DNA of 64,000 bases, taken from contig OX597825.1 of assembly GCA_951406725.2 (NCBI GenBank), positions 13,578,001-13,642,000 on the forward strand, read 5' to 3'. Position 1 is the stretch's first letter. Each line of letters begins with the position of its first letter. Both the position numbers and the translations under genes were made by a program. The notes beneath the pieces are model-generated. The model did not search any database. It saw nothing but the letters and a program-made list of their open reading frames with translations, and was not told the origin of the DNA. Of the stretch, positions 38,766-53,054 are shown piece after piece. The stretch comes from Octopus vulgaris (Eukaryota).

Positions 38766-40104
38766 ACATATATAGTAGGGAATATAATTCTAAACTTACA
38801 GGGAAAAATTCAATTTGACAATTCTAAATCAAATTTCACAATATATAATATATGTATAAAATTTAGAGAAATAACCTCTATTAAACAAACAACTTAATAA
38901 TCATAGACGTTATTCACACCATATAGAAAAGTTAAATATACTATAAAAAACACTATTCTAAAAATCAATAGAGTACATAAACAATAAATAGTAAATAGTA
39001 TATATGTGCTTCAGTTTCTGTCTACCAAATCCACTCACAAGGCTATAGTAGAAAACACTTGTTTAAGATGCCACACAGTGGGACTGAACCCAGAGCTATG
39101 TTGTTTTGAAGCAAGCTTCTTACCACACAGCCATACCAGTGTCTGAACATTGTTATATTTTATTCTGAAGACAAAATGTGATTCTATATATATTTCATTC
39201 TTTCTTCGTCCTTTCATTCTTGCTTCTGCATATGGAAAAAAAAAAGCCTCTTGTGTCATTGTTTTGTTTTCCTTCTGTCCTTTTCCATGTTCTGTTCTAC
39301 AAGAATGGCTTCCTGATTCACTGTTCAGTTCTTCAAAGGAAGGATACTTCTATTCTGTCAGTTGGAGATGAGTTATATTCTGTAATAGACATCTAGGAAA
39401 CATTTAAAAGTTCTGCTACTTCAGTGATGAATATTTCTTAAGCCCTTCATTTCTCGTTGTGCATAAGCATCAGTGACCTTTTTTTCACATTTATCAACCC
39501 TGAGGTTGTCTCCCTGAGGGAAAGCTTTCTTCTCTCAAGTCTTTCTGGTTTTGAATTATCAGCCATACTTCAGTAACTTTGCCTTTTTTCTACGTAGGGT
39601 TGTCAGTCTTACACAAATCCATTAACTGTGAAGCAGGGGTCAATATTAGTTTGACTACTGTCCTTTGACCTTTCCTGCATAGGGAGCTCTACCTGGGGCT
39701 CGCACTTTATGGGCACAGTTCTCAGGGTCTTATTGAGGCATACAGACACCAAATCACGATGATGATGGAATCTTGTGGTAGGATTAATATTATGATATCA
39801 GCTTAGAGTTTGACAATAAGTAAGCTGTGACCTGCAAGCGCACCATGGAGGTTTTCTCTGTGGTCCTCATATCGGTTTTGGAAATTCATTGCCTTTGCAG
39901 ACATTGAACAGTTATTAGATTTTCAGCAAATGAATTAAGCTTGTGAAAATTTACATTCCATTTGAGGATGCAAGAACTTGGTAGAATGGTGCTTTAATAT
40001 TCTCAATATTCGATTTTATAGCATCTTTTGTGTCATAATTTGTTAAAGTGTTGCTTATATAAGCATTGGAAAAGGGGGTTATGTAGCAATATGTTTCTGT
40101 ATGT

Positions 40105-40501
40105 AGGTGGTCAGCTGGCAGAATTGTTAGCACACCGGGCGAAATGCTTGGCAGTATTTCATCTGCCGTTACGTTCTGAGTTCAAATTCTGTCAGGACTT
40201 ATTCTTTGTAAGCCTAGTACTTATTCTATCAGTCTCTTTTTGCCGAACCACTAAGTGATGGGAACATAAACACACCAGCATCGGTTGTCAAGCAATGCTA
40301 GCGGGGACAAACACTGGCACACATACATATATATATAAATATATACGACAAGCTTCTTTCAGTTTCCCTCTACCAAATCCACTCGCAAGGCTTTGGTCAG
40401 CCCAAGGCTATAGTAGAAGACACTTGCCCAAAGTGCCACGCAGTGGCACTGAACCCAGAACCATGTGGTTGGTAATCAAGCTACTTACCACTCCTGCGCC
40501 T
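40105..40501. mobile_element. Nin/Deu-like SINE head (+) fused to CORE-like SINE (-)
   Basis: Junction at ~40193. Confidence 0.7.
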
Positions 40502-41063
40502 ATCAATTTTCAAATCTTAGTGCATTCTCTTCAAAGGCTTCAACATCCCTTTGAACAATTTCAGAGAAATGGAAAGCCTATCTGTCTAAATACTTAGCAA
40601 TGACAGCTGCTATAGAAAGCTGAGGCAACTAATTTGCATATTGGGGCAACTAATTTGAATATTGTTACCACTTTATTTTTAAATATGTAAGATAAGATGT
40701 GATATACAGAGTGGCTGTAGGTAAACATTAAATGAAAAAGACAAAAAGAAAGTCCAAAGGAAGCCATTGCTAAACACAGTTACTGATCCCTTATAATAAG
40801 CTAAGGAAGTTTATCTGTTGGCAGGACGATATAAGATAGTGTTGTAATAGAATAATGGTCCTTTGTTTGTTATATGTAAATAAACCAATTTAACTAATCT
40901 TTCGAGCAACAAAATTAAAATTTATTTCTGTGAAGAAAGTGACTGTACTTTGTTTTTGTGTCTGGTTTGTAAGATTCTTAATGTGAATTTGTGTGTTGAA
41001 GTAAATTTTGCTGTGTCTGGGGAGAGTCATACTGCCTTAATGCTTTAATATGTAAAACATACA

Positions 41064-41475
41064 GGGTGGTGAGCTGGCAGAAATATTAGCATGACAGGCG
41101 AAATGCTTAACAGCATTTCGTTTGTCTTTACACTCTGAGTTCAAATTTCACTGAGGTCGACTATGCCTTACGTCCTTTCGGGGTCGATAAGTTAAGTACC
41201 AGTTACGCACTGGGGTCGATATAATCGACTTAATCCATTTGTCTGTCCTTGTTTGTCCTCTCTGTGTTTAGCCCCTTGTGGGTTGTAAAGAAATAAGTAT
41301 TTCGTCTGTCTTTACACTCTGAGTTCAAATTCCACTGAGGTCGACTTTGCCTTTTGTCCTTTTGGGGGTCAATAAGTTAATCATCAGTTGCTTACCATGG
41401 TCAATCTAATTGAATGGCCCCCCCCCCCATTCCCCCAAAATTTTGGGCCTTGTGCCTAGAGTAGAAAAGAGTATA
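41064..41475 (+). mobile_element. Dimeric Nin/Deu-like SINE
   Basis: Full unit followed by a unit starting at TATTTCGTCTGTC. Confidence 0.8.
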
Positions 41476-41557
41476 GATAATTCTCTCTCTCTCTCTCTCC
41501 CTCCCTCTCTCTTTTCCTCTCTCTCTCTCTCTCCATCCCTCTCTCTTTTCCTCTCTT

Positions 41558-41592
<35 letters not shown>

Positions 41593-42131
41593 GCACACAC
41601 ATATATATAAACACAAATACTCACACATATATACACACACACACATGTATATGTGTGTATACACACACATCAGTTATATACACAGACATATTGCTATTGT
41701 TTTGGTTCCTATGGGAACATTTCTCAAGATTTCTTGGTTTGAAAAGATAGGGAAGTAGACATTTAAACATTGAACTATGGCATTGACAAAAAAAAAATTC
41801 TTGAATCACCGAAGAATGTTTAAATTACGATGTCAACATTGGCACTACTTTATCAACATTCACCATAGAAGCCATTATTTCATGCTGAAGTTTTTCTCCA
41901 GAATTAGATTACGCATTGTTAACCTCATAGAATTACACAGAATACAAGAGAACATTTTTCCCTTTCAACTTAGATTCCCACCAAAAACTCAATTTTGATT
42001 TTCAAAGATTTCTTCCTTTAAAAAGAACCTTCTAGTTTTGAACAAAAATTTCCAACCATAATCCACTAATTTTTTTCCCTTCACCTAAATCTGAATTTAA
42101 TTTATAGATGAAAATCCTAATTAAATTTTAC

Positions 42132-42218
42132 CTCCTTGAAGCATTTTTAATCCTAATAATAATGATGTTTTATCTGAATGTTCATTTAACAATTGGTGTT
42201 GTTGTTGTTGTGAAACAT
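42132..42218 (-). CDS. Candidate 87-nt coding exon (phase 1-1)
   Basis: Acceptor TTTTCTCTTTCCCTACAG, donor GAG|GTAAAA; only the phase-1 frame is open: (D)VSQQQQHQLLNEHSDKTSLLLGLKMLQG. Confidence 0.35.
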
Positions 42219-42614
42219 CTGTAGGGAAAGAGAAAATGTTATTAACATTTAAATTGATTGTAGGACTGCATAAATTACATCTTCAACATTTCCTGCCTCG
42301 TTATCATTTCCTACCTCTTCCAGTATCATTCGCAGTATTTTCATCTTCTTTCCCGTATGATATGCCACCAATGCTATTATCGAAACTGGACACCAGAAGG
42401 CATAATAAGATTTTTGATTGGTGTTGATATTTGGTTAGCTATAAATCAATTCAGTCCTGGAAAATATCACAGTGTTTTCACGAATGTTTGATTGTGACTG
42501 AAACAATGAATCACTTTGCTTAGAAGTGTGACTGGCAAAGGACGAAAGAGAGAGGAAGAGAGAGAGGGAGAGAGGGAGAGAGGAAGATACAAAAACGTAG
42601 TCAAGAAGGTATAC

Positions 42615-43017
42615 CTATTTCTTTATTGCCCACAAGGGGCTAAATACAAACAAGGACAAACATAGGTATTAAGTCGATTACATTGACCTCAGTGTGCAAC
42701 TGGTACTTAATTTATCGACCCCGAAAGGATGAAAGGCAAAGATGACCTCGGCGGAATTTGAACTCAGAAAGTAAAGACAGACTAAATACCTATTTCTTTA
42801 TTACCTACAAGGGGCTAAACACAGAAGAGACAAACAAGGACAGACAAACGGATTAAGTCGATTATATCGACCCAGTGTGCAACTGGTACTTAATTTATCG
42901 ACCCCGAAAGGATGAAAGGCAAAGTCGACCTCAGCGGAATTTGAACTCAGAACGTAAGGCCAGACAAAACGGCTACGCATTTCGCCGGGCGTGCTAACGT
43001 TTCTGCCAGCTTGCCTT
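42615..43017 (-). mobile_element. Dimeric Nin/Deu-like SINE with 19-bp TSD
   Basis: CGTAGTCAAGAAGGTATAC at 42596-42614 and 43018-43036. Confidence 0.9.
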
Positions 43018-43319
43018 CGTAGTCAAGAAGGTATACTGAAATATAATCGGTTGCTTCAGGTGATGAAAACTAAAATTTCTCATTTTTCCAAACAAAAAAA
43101 AAAAGACACAATTGTGAAGATAAATTCTTCTGATTGCCCAGGTAGAAAAAAATGATAATATTCTCTCTCCTCCATTTCTGCAGATCAATGCTTCGTACGC
43201 CATATTTATATCTTCTTTAAATATTTCAAAGCAAACATTGGACATATTTTTATTCTAGAAAAGACAAAATTGTTTTCCTTGTTTATCGTTGTTGTCTCTT
43301 TGTTGCAGAGCTTATCAGA

Positions 43320-43935
43320 TAAGTGTGTATATGTGTGTGTGTGTACCTGTTTGTGTGTGTGCATGTGTGTGTGTATTTGTTTGTGTGTGTGTGCGTATTT
43401 GTTTGTGGGTGGGTGCACATTTGTTTGTGTGTGTGTGTCTGTATGTGTGTGTGTGTGTGCATATCTGTTTGTGTATGTGTGTATCTGTTTGTATGTGTGT
43501 GTGTGTATGTACCCGTTTGTGGGTGTGTGCATATTTGTTTGTGGGTGTGTGTATGTACCTGTTTGTGGGTGTGTATTTGTTTGTGGGTGTGAGTGTAGCT
43601 GTTTGTGTGTGTGTGTGTGTGTACCTGTTTGTACATGCCTGTGTATACGTGTATGTGTATGTGTATGTATCGGTTTGTGTGTGTATGAGTATGTGTGCAC
43701 CTGTCTGTATTTGTGTATGTGTGTGTGTACCTGTCTGTGTTACTGTGTGTATGTGTGTATGTTTACGTGTGTGTCTGTGCACCTGTCTGTATTTATGTGT
43801 ATGTATGTATATATGTATGTATGCATGTGTGTGTCAGTATGGGTGGGTGTTTGTGCATTGTGGGTCAATATCTGTATGAGTGTATGTGTGTCTTGGCCTG
43901 CGTGTGTCTGCGCATGTGTGTGTGTGTGCGTGTGC

Positions 43936-43969
<34 letters not shown>

Positions 43970-44025
43970 CTGTGTATGTGTGCATGTATGTGTGTGCCTT
44001 TGTGTTCTGTGTGTGTGTGTGTGTT
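43320..44025. repeat. Degenerate (TG)n tract
   Basis: Read directly. Confidence 0.9.
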
Positions 44026-44524
44026 AGCAATATGGCATCAATGAATAGTATATAGTCTATTAGCTCTCGTTAATCTGTGGATTTCTAACATTCTGTTCAA
44101 CCACATGTTCTGACCTTTAAACATACCTGCTTGCTCGTGAAATTAACGTGCAAGTGGCTGAGCACTCCACAGACACATGTACACTTCATGTAGTTCTCGG
44201 GAAGATTCAGTGTGATGCAGAGCGTGACAAGGCTAGTGTGACACGCGTACACACACACATATACAAATACACACATATACACATACACACTAACACATAC
44301 ACATACACATACACGTACATGCATGCTTAAACGCATTCACACATACACATATATACACATACATATACACACGTACATACATACACATATACACACATAC
44401 ACGTATATGCATACATATTCACACACATACACACGCATACACACATATATTCATATATACATACATACACACATATACACATACACACATATACTGGCAC
44501 TCTGTTGGCTAGATGACAGGGTTC

Positions 44525-44561
<37 letters not shown>

Positions 44562-44789
44562 TGGCACTCTGCTACAAAAACGAGATTTCCAGTTGGTCTA
44601 ATCAATAGAACAGCCTGGTCATGAAATTTAATGTTCAAAAGGCTGAGTGCTCCACAGACATGCATACCGTTAATGTAGTACCCAGGGAGATTCAATGTGT
44701 CGGCCCTTTGAATTACAGGTACCACTCGTTTTTGCCAGCTGAGTGGATTGGAACAACGGGAAATATGGGAAATAGAGAGTCTTGCTCAA

Positions 44790-45200
44790 GAGTGGCTGTG
44801 TGGTAAGTAGCTTGCTTACTAACCACATGGTTCCGGGTTCAGTCCCACTGTGTGGCACCTTGGGCAAGTGTCTTTTACTATAGCCCCGGGCCAACCAATG
44901 CCTTGTGAGTGGATTTGGTAGATGGAAACTGAAAGAAGCCTGTCGTATATATGTATATATATATGTGTATGTGTATGTGTGTGTTTGTGTGTCTGTGTTT
45001 GTCCCCCTAGCATTGCTTGACAACCGATGCTGGTGTGTTTATGTCCCCGTCACTTAACGGTTCGGCAAAAGAGACCGATAGAATAAGTACTGGGCTTACA
45101 AAAATAAGTCCCGGGGAGAGTTGCTCGATTAAAGGTGGTACTCCAGCATGGCCGCAGTCAAATGACTGAAACAAGTAAAAGAGTAAAAGAGAGTAAAGAG
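44790..45200 (+). mobile_element. CORE-like SINE, full length
   Basis: Family homology. Confidence 0.88.
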
Positions 45201-46667
45201 TATACAATGTCCTGCTGTGAATTGAACTCACTACCTTACGATCCGATCATGAGCTGAATACCCTAACCACACACATAAACATATGATGGGCTTCTATACA
45301 GTCTCCACTTACCAGATTCATCCACGAGGCATTGGGTGAGCCTTATGTTATGGAAGACACTTGCCCACTGGGAGCACAGTGGGACTGATCTTGAAACCCC
45401 CACGGTTGCAAAGCAGGCTTCTTAATTACACAGCTACTCATACATCATTCCTTTTCCCCCTTTTTCTTCCTGGGTCCCTCTGCCTTCTTGCCCATCCACC
45501 CAGCTGTCTGGGTGTCTGTTTTGTTTAGAAGCTGTTCCTGTCAAATCTCATTTTCCCTTCACATTGCAACTACGTAAACAATTTAGCTGTAAAGCAGGTC
45601 ATCCCAGTTGTTTTCGTAAATACCAACCTCATCACTGTGTCAGGGTGGGTGGCCAGTCTATGGAGAGAAGCAAATGAGGATTCCAAATTTTACTATACTG
45701 TCTCTATTTCTTCTGTTTTTTTTGGTTTTTTTATCTAAACTTATCTGTTTGGTGTTGGTTGTAACGATACTTCAAAACAATAATGGATGAGATTTTTTTT
45801 TTGATATGTAAATACAAACGGTATCAGGGCATCTATAAGTTTTGAAAAAATTACAAAAATCGATTCCAGGTGAGAATATGATCGATAAAGCCGTGGGAAC
45901 GTGCATTTGTGCAAGCAAGTACATCAGCTGTTGCGATCGATACTATGCATATGCAAGAAAAATGCACGTGCAGTTTGCGCAAAAAACTCATGAAGCTTTT
46001 CCATCTAGATTTACCTCCAGCTAACCCATTTGCACGTATGGTTTTTGTCCTGCTTTTCTTCCGTCAACCTGTACATAACTGCACCTTCCATTTTTTGTTG
46101 TTTTTGTACTGCTTAAAGGCACGTTTCTTTCCTGCCAAGCTTACTGTTTAAACCATGTTTGTGTTCTCCCAGTCAATAGCCTTATCATTACTGGTACTTT
46201 AAACTCTTCCGTTGCATATTTGTGTGAATAAAAATCGTTTTTCTTTGGAATAGAAAAAAAAGTCTATCTTTATTTCTTCTTTTGCTGATGTCTCAAATTT
46301 AGGTTAAATCAGTGTTTCTCAAAGGGGAGGCCTATGGGATGGTCAGACAAGTTGTTTTGAGAAAATTTGGTTTAAATGTTTGACAACTTAGTATCATCCA
46401 TTGGACAGGGGATGTTTTGCTCGTACACATATATATATATATGTGTGTGTATATACATATATATGTATGTGTACATATATATGTATGTATATATATATAT
46501 ATCATCATCATCATCATCATCATCGTTTAGCGTCCGCTTTCCATGCTAGCATGGGTTGGACGGTTCTACTGGGGGTCTGTGAAGCCAGAAGGCTTCATCA
46601 GGCCCAATATATATGTGTGTGTGTATATATATATATATATGTGAATATATATGTGTATGAATATATA

Positions 46668-46719
<52 letters not shown>

Positions 46720-47152
46720 TATATATATGTGTGTGTGTATATATATGTATATATGTATATATATATATGAAGTGTGGGTTTGTGTTTGTGTAGTAATGTC
46801 ATGTTTTAGCAGCTGTTATTAGCATAGGGTAGATAAATAAACCAGCAGGTGCTTTCCAGTAAATAGAAACACCAAATGTTTCTCACTGTGGCATGCTAGG
46901 AACATTGTTTGGCAATTTCAAAACATTTATTCTACTTTTATAGTTAATTTCATGTGCAGATTTTAGCAGTTTTACCTTGCAGAAAGAAGATGCCAGTCAA
47001 TCATTATACAGCCGAATTCGTAATTAAGATTGTTAGCGAACGACTGAATATCTAAGCTCATTTCACTGTTCTGAATGTGTGTGTATGTGTGTATGTGTGT
47101 GGGTGGGTGTGCATAAATAAATGACTAATTACCTGTAATGCTACATACCTGC

Positions 47153-47189
<37 letters not shown>

Positions 47190-47192
<3 letters not shown>

Positions 47193-47325
47193 AAAACTGT
47201 CCGAAGAATGGGAAAGTGAAGTTCTGAGTAACAGTTTTTTTGTGTTATTTTTGCTGCTTTTTAATGCAGTGTATTACTCTACCTGTTTTTTTCTACCTTG
47301 TTTCACATTTACGTGCTTACTCAGG
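47190..47325 (+). mobile_element. Decayed family-C element with degenerate HHR motif (47197-47234)
   Basis: CUGU-CCGAAGA...GAA-GUUC[U]GAGU-A-ACAG; follows (TA)n. Confidence 0.55.
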
Positions 47326-47339
47326 TATGTGTATGTATC

Positions 47340-47690
47340 ATAATCATCATCATCATCATTATCATCGTTTAACGTCCGTTTTTCCATGCTAGCACGGGTC
47401 AGACGGTTCGACCGGGGTCTGGGAAGCCGGGAGACTGCACCAAGCTCCAGTCTGATCTGGCAGTGTTTCTACAGCTGGATGCCCTTCCTAACACCAACCA
47501 CTCTGTGAGTGTAGTGGGTACTTTTTACGTGCCACCGGCACAGGAGCTAGGGGAGGCTGGCAATGGGCACAATCGGATGGTGCCTTTTATGTGCCACTGG
47601 CACAGAAGCCAGCCGAGGCGGCACTGGCATTGGCCACATCCAGACGGTGCTTTTCACGTGCCACCAGCACGGGTATCACAACTACAATTA
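47340..47690 (-). mobile_element. Meta-domain-like SINE
   Basis: Family homology. Confidence 0.78.
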
Positions 47691-47691
47691 C

Positions 47692-47734
<43 letters not shown>

Positions 47735-48473
47735 GAATGTTTGTCAATTTTTTAATTAATAAATAATAGTTTATTAATTACATCTCTATTTCCTTATCAT
47801 ATTATAATAAATAAATATATATATACGTTGGTTTATATAGTTACCTTGCAGTTGAGTATTAACTGTTCAATATTCTTTGTGTAGGTAACTAACCAGTATA
47901 TTCATAGCATTTTCCCTAAGGTGCCATGCAGTGGGACTGAACCTGGAACCATGTGGTTGGTAAGCAAGCTACTTACCACACAGCCATGCTTGCACCTATA
48001 TGATGCGAATAGAAGACAATGAGTGTTTGGTATGGCTGGATATGCAGCGTGAATAAGCAACGATTGTTCAGTGAAGATAGCTGATCCATTGATGGTGAAA
48101 AATATGCCAAGTAATGGAATATTGAAAGCTAGCAAGAATTTGTAATGTCATGTCTGTGGATGTTGAGCCTCACCCAATGAAATGACAAATGATAGCGGAA
48201 AGTAGAATTTAAAGCTGTAAAAGCCATTCTTGTGAGTGCTTTTATATTGGCTTGGAACAATGGATATTAAAATGTTAATATGGAGAAATATTGATAAATG
48301 ATGTTGGCATATCATCATCATCAGCATCACCACCATCACCATCACCATCACCATCATCATCATCATCATCATCATTGTCATCATAAATATTTTAAGTCTA
48401 TTTTCGACACTGGCTGGAGATGGACAGCATATCTCTACCTACTCTCACTCTCTCTTCTCTCTCTCCCCCCCCC

Positions 48474-48521
<48 letters not shown>

Positions 48522-48528
48522 GTGTATG

Positions 48529-48584
<56 letters not shown>

Positions 48585-48604
48585 TATATATATATGTATA
48601 TATA

Positions 48605-48996
48605 TTTCTGTTCTTTTATTCTTTTTGGTCATTGGACTGTGGCCATGCTGGAGCACCACCTTCAGTTGAACAAATTGTCCCCAGAACTTAATCTTTATAA
48701 GCCTAGTACTTATTCTATCGGTATCTTTTGCCAAACTGCTAAGTTATGGAAATGTAAACCCACCAACATCGGTTGTTAAAGCAATAGGTGGGGGGGACAA
48801 ACACAGATGTACAAAACTACACACACACACATATATGATAACTTTCTTTCAGTTTTCGTCTACCAAATCCACTCACAAGGGTTTGGTTGGCCTGGGGTCA
48901 AAGTGGAAGATACATGCCCAAGGTGCCATGCAGTGGGACTGAACCCAGAAGTATGTGGTTGATAAGCAAGCTTCTTACCACACAGCCACTCCTGCA

Positions 48997-48998
<2 letters not shown>
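48605..48998 (-). mobile_element. CORE-like SINE
   Basis: Family homology. Confidence 0.8.
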
Positions 48999-49039
<41 letters not shown>

Positions 49040-49667
49040 ATATATATGTATGTATGTATGTTTGTATGTATGTATAAAATATGTATTCATCTAAGCATAG
49101 GTGTATATATATATATATACATATGTATATATATATATATATGATCTTATAGAAGTTTGGTTAAACAAATAATAATTTCCAATCCTGTTTTAGAAGCGAG
49201 GAATCTTTGTTGAAATGCTTCAAATTCAAATGAATATATATGTGTGTATGTTTCTCTGTGTGTGTGCTCACATGTGTGTATGTATGTATACACACCCACA
49301 CACATCACATACACACATCACATACACACATACACACGATATTTTCTTAACTGTTCCGGTTCCTATGATGAGATATTGTGTCTCATCCAACTCATGCTAA
49401 CATGGAAAAAAACATAAGTAAAACACCAACAAGAGACATGTAAGAATCGAGTGCTTACACAACACAGAAGTGTAGTTATATAATTTCGAAGTTTATGAAT
49501 CAATAAATGAGATAAAAATAAATAATATATTACTGGAAACATTAATAACGATGTGATTACTTAAAACCTGCAATTTTCTTGGAAGCCACCAGAATATTTT
49601 TATTTATTTTTATTTTTATTATATTTCTAATTCTGAATGAAAAGATGAGTAAAGAAGGAAGACTACA

Positions 49668-49714
<47 letters not shown>

Positions 49715-49722
49715 TAATAATG

Positions 49723-49789
<67 letters not shown>

Positions 49790-49823
49790 GGATGATGATA
49801 ATATGATAATAATAATAATGATG

Positions 49824-49855
<32 letters not shown>

Positions 49856-49901
49856 GAGGAGGAGGAGGATGATGATGATGAGGATGATAATAATAATAAT
49901 A

Positions 49902-49947
<46 letters not shown>

Positions 49948-49970
49948 GGATGATGATGATGATGATGATG

Positions 49971-50005
<35 letters not shown>

Positions 50006-50071
50006 CATAATAATAATGGAGCCAGCTTGTGCAAATGTAAAGCAAAAGTCAAACATAGAATAATAATAATG

Positions 50072-50118
<47 letters not shown>
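49668..50118. repeat. (AAT)/(GAT)n tract containing a 42-bp insert (50017-50058)
   Basis: Insert matches the 3' end of 60993-61133. Confidence 0.9.
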
Positions 50119-50119
<1 letters not shown>

Positions 50120-50832
50120 GGCGTTAGGAGACAGAAAATGAAATCAAGACAAGAACATGTTCCTTTCAATCTTACTTCGGATAAATATACATCTTAATAA
50201 ATATACATGTGTCACTTACAATACTCTAGGAAAATCATCCTAATTTTACTGATAAAAACAATGTTCTCGACATTTCCGAAGCCTCCCCATTGTCTGCCAA
50301 CACAAATATTTTAGATATTTGATATATTTGTATAATTTTTCTTTGTATTTTTTTTTTTGAAATTCCAATTGCAATGTCTTACCGTTCTCTCATCATAGTA
50401 GTACAGTGTAGCAGATCGCTAAAATGCTTCTTTCTGGTTATCAATAATTCCGTATTGAGTCTCTAACGAATGAAGAATGAAAAGCTAAATCAACAATGCC
50501 AAAATCACTTCTTGTTACTTGTGATATGGGAATGGTTTTTGGGGGTCTTTGAAGCATCCTGAAGCATCCTGACCCATGTCTCATCTAATGAAAAGGGGAC
50601 ATTTTCTACATAACAAGCATAGACAGACACAAACACACCCTTGCAAAAAAAATACTCCATAAATACAGTATAAATATAAAATACTGCTGTGTGGTTCAGA
50701 AGCTGCCTTCCTATTCAGGTGGTCTCATGTTCAAAGTATTGTGTGGCAAGTGGGTAAGTGTCTTTGGCTGTAGATCATAATGATGATGATGATGATGGTG
50801 ATAGTAATAATAATGATAAATATAATAATAAC

Positions 50833-50876
<44 letters not shown>

Positions 50877-50908
50877 CGACGACGACGACGACGACGACGA
50901 CAATGATG

Positions 50909-51020
<112 letters not shown>

Positions 51021-52279
51021 TAATAATAATAATAGTAATAATAAAAAAATTAATAATAAATGTGTAAGTGTCTTTGGCTGTAAATTTGGAATGACCAAAA
51101 CCTTGTGAGTAAAATTGGTTGATAGGAATGGTAAGAAGCCCATCACACACACACACATATATGTGTGTATGTGGGTACATGTGTATCTGTGCCTCTGTCT
51201 GTGTGTGTATGTGTATGTGTTTGTTTGTTTGTGTGTGTTTGTGTGTGTCTGTGTGTGCCCTTGTCTTAATGTCACATATGGTGACACAGCAGTCAAAAAA
51301 TAGTAAACAATAGGGATTTTCATTGAAAAAAAGCACCTTTTTGATGTAAATAATTTTTGGTGTTAACATAGTCCGATTTGAATTTTTTCTTCAACGGAAA
51401 GAAGAGCTGGCCTTCTTCTATCACACTCTCAATTTTGGTCAACTTGCGCTGCAGGGTCTCAGAGGAGATTGTGTTAGTTGAAAGCTATCAAACCTGCCAT
51501 ACACAGACAACTTCAGCTTTACATATATAGAAAATTTGTTTTAATTTTTTTTACGTTGGTGATGAATATTTCGCTGTTAATTTCTTTTAAGAGTTACTTG
51601 TTGCTGTCTTTTTGTTATTGTAAATATTCATCTTTCCTTTCTGCAGCAGATATTCCATAGATATCAGGAATAACAATATAAAATGAACGAAAAAAAATAT
51701 CTGCTTAAGAAAAAGCTAAATAAAATCTTAATAACATTTACCATCCGAGATGATATTGCGATGAAATCAAACGTTATAGCTTTATATGTATAAGAAAAAT
51801 GTAAGAAATAATGAAAAAAGTTTGGACAATGTCATCATAAAACGACACTAAAATGGAAATTAGGAAAAAAAAAAATTTTTTAATGATAAAAAGGAAGAAT
51901 TTTTCTCAAACATTATATAGCAAGCTTCTGTCTTTATTATAACCTTATTAGATTCTTAGCTTATGATATTATTTTGTGAATGTTCTTGCGTGAATATGTG
52001 TTTGTGGTAGTAAATATTTATTATGTAAGACTTGTTGTGTCTATGTATGAGGGTTAGGGGACTAGAGGGGTGGCTTCGGGTTAAAAATATTATATAAGAT
52101 ATATTGTTATTATTAATATGGTTTTTTTGTTTTGTTTAGTAATTCTGATTTTTTAAAAAAAATTATTATTTCGGTTTTTCAATGTTTTCTCATAAAAAAA
52201 CCCAAACAAAACTTTACTTGCTTTAATTTCATAACTTGCATTGATATGAACAATAGATCAAGATTAAATGAAGGTGGTG

Positions 52280-52529
52280 GTCATAATTATGATGATGACG
52301 ACAATGATGATGATAATAATGATAATGATGATGATGATAGTGATAATAATAATAATAATGAGACTACTACTACTACTACTACTACTAATAATAATAATAA
52401 TAATAGTAATAATAATAATAATTATTATAGTAGTAGTAATAATAATAGTCATAATAATAATAATAATAATCATAGTCTTAATAATAATAATAATAATAAT
52501 AGTCATAATGTTAATAATAATCATAGTTT

Positions 52530-52560
<31 letters not shown>

Positions 52561-52573
52561 TATAATAATAGTA

Positions 52574-52638
<65 letters not shown>

Positions 52639-52640
52639 TC
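52280..52640. repeat. (AAT)n-rich tract
   Basis: Read directly. Confidence 0.95.
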
Positions 52641-52959
52641 AAATGAAATAATGGAATAAAAAACATAATCTCAAGAATGAAATTGAATTAGTAGCTTATT
52701 TTTGTTTTTAATTGTTCAGTAAAATGTTAGTGAAACATCGAGAGAGGATAATGCCATTCCTTCTACAAATATTAAATTATTTACTATTGTTTTGAAGATT
52801 AAATAACAGAAGCTTTATTAATAAGAAATTTGGGATATCATTTCGTAGCCTTCGGTGGTTCATATATAATGATGCTAAACTAAAAATACCAAAAATTTTT
52901 ATTGAATTCATCTAATTCTTTATTTAATTTATTTCTCTTGCAATTGTATTACTGTGTTC

Positions 52960-53054
52960 TTATATTTTTTTCTGTTTTTGTCTTTCAGGTAAGTTCTCAC
53001 CATTTTTCTGTTACTCGTGAAAATATCTTTTCTGTTTCCACCAGCCAGGTAAGA
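52960..53054 (+). other. Candidate recursive splice site with 60-nt cryptic exon
   Basis: Pyrimidine tract + CAG (52986-88) immediately followed by GTAAGT (52989-94); second donor CAG|GTAAGA at 53049. Confidence 0.5.

Noticed and set aside
45790-46250. Possible transposase or exon fragment
   Set aside because: No recognisable motif; stops in the frames examined
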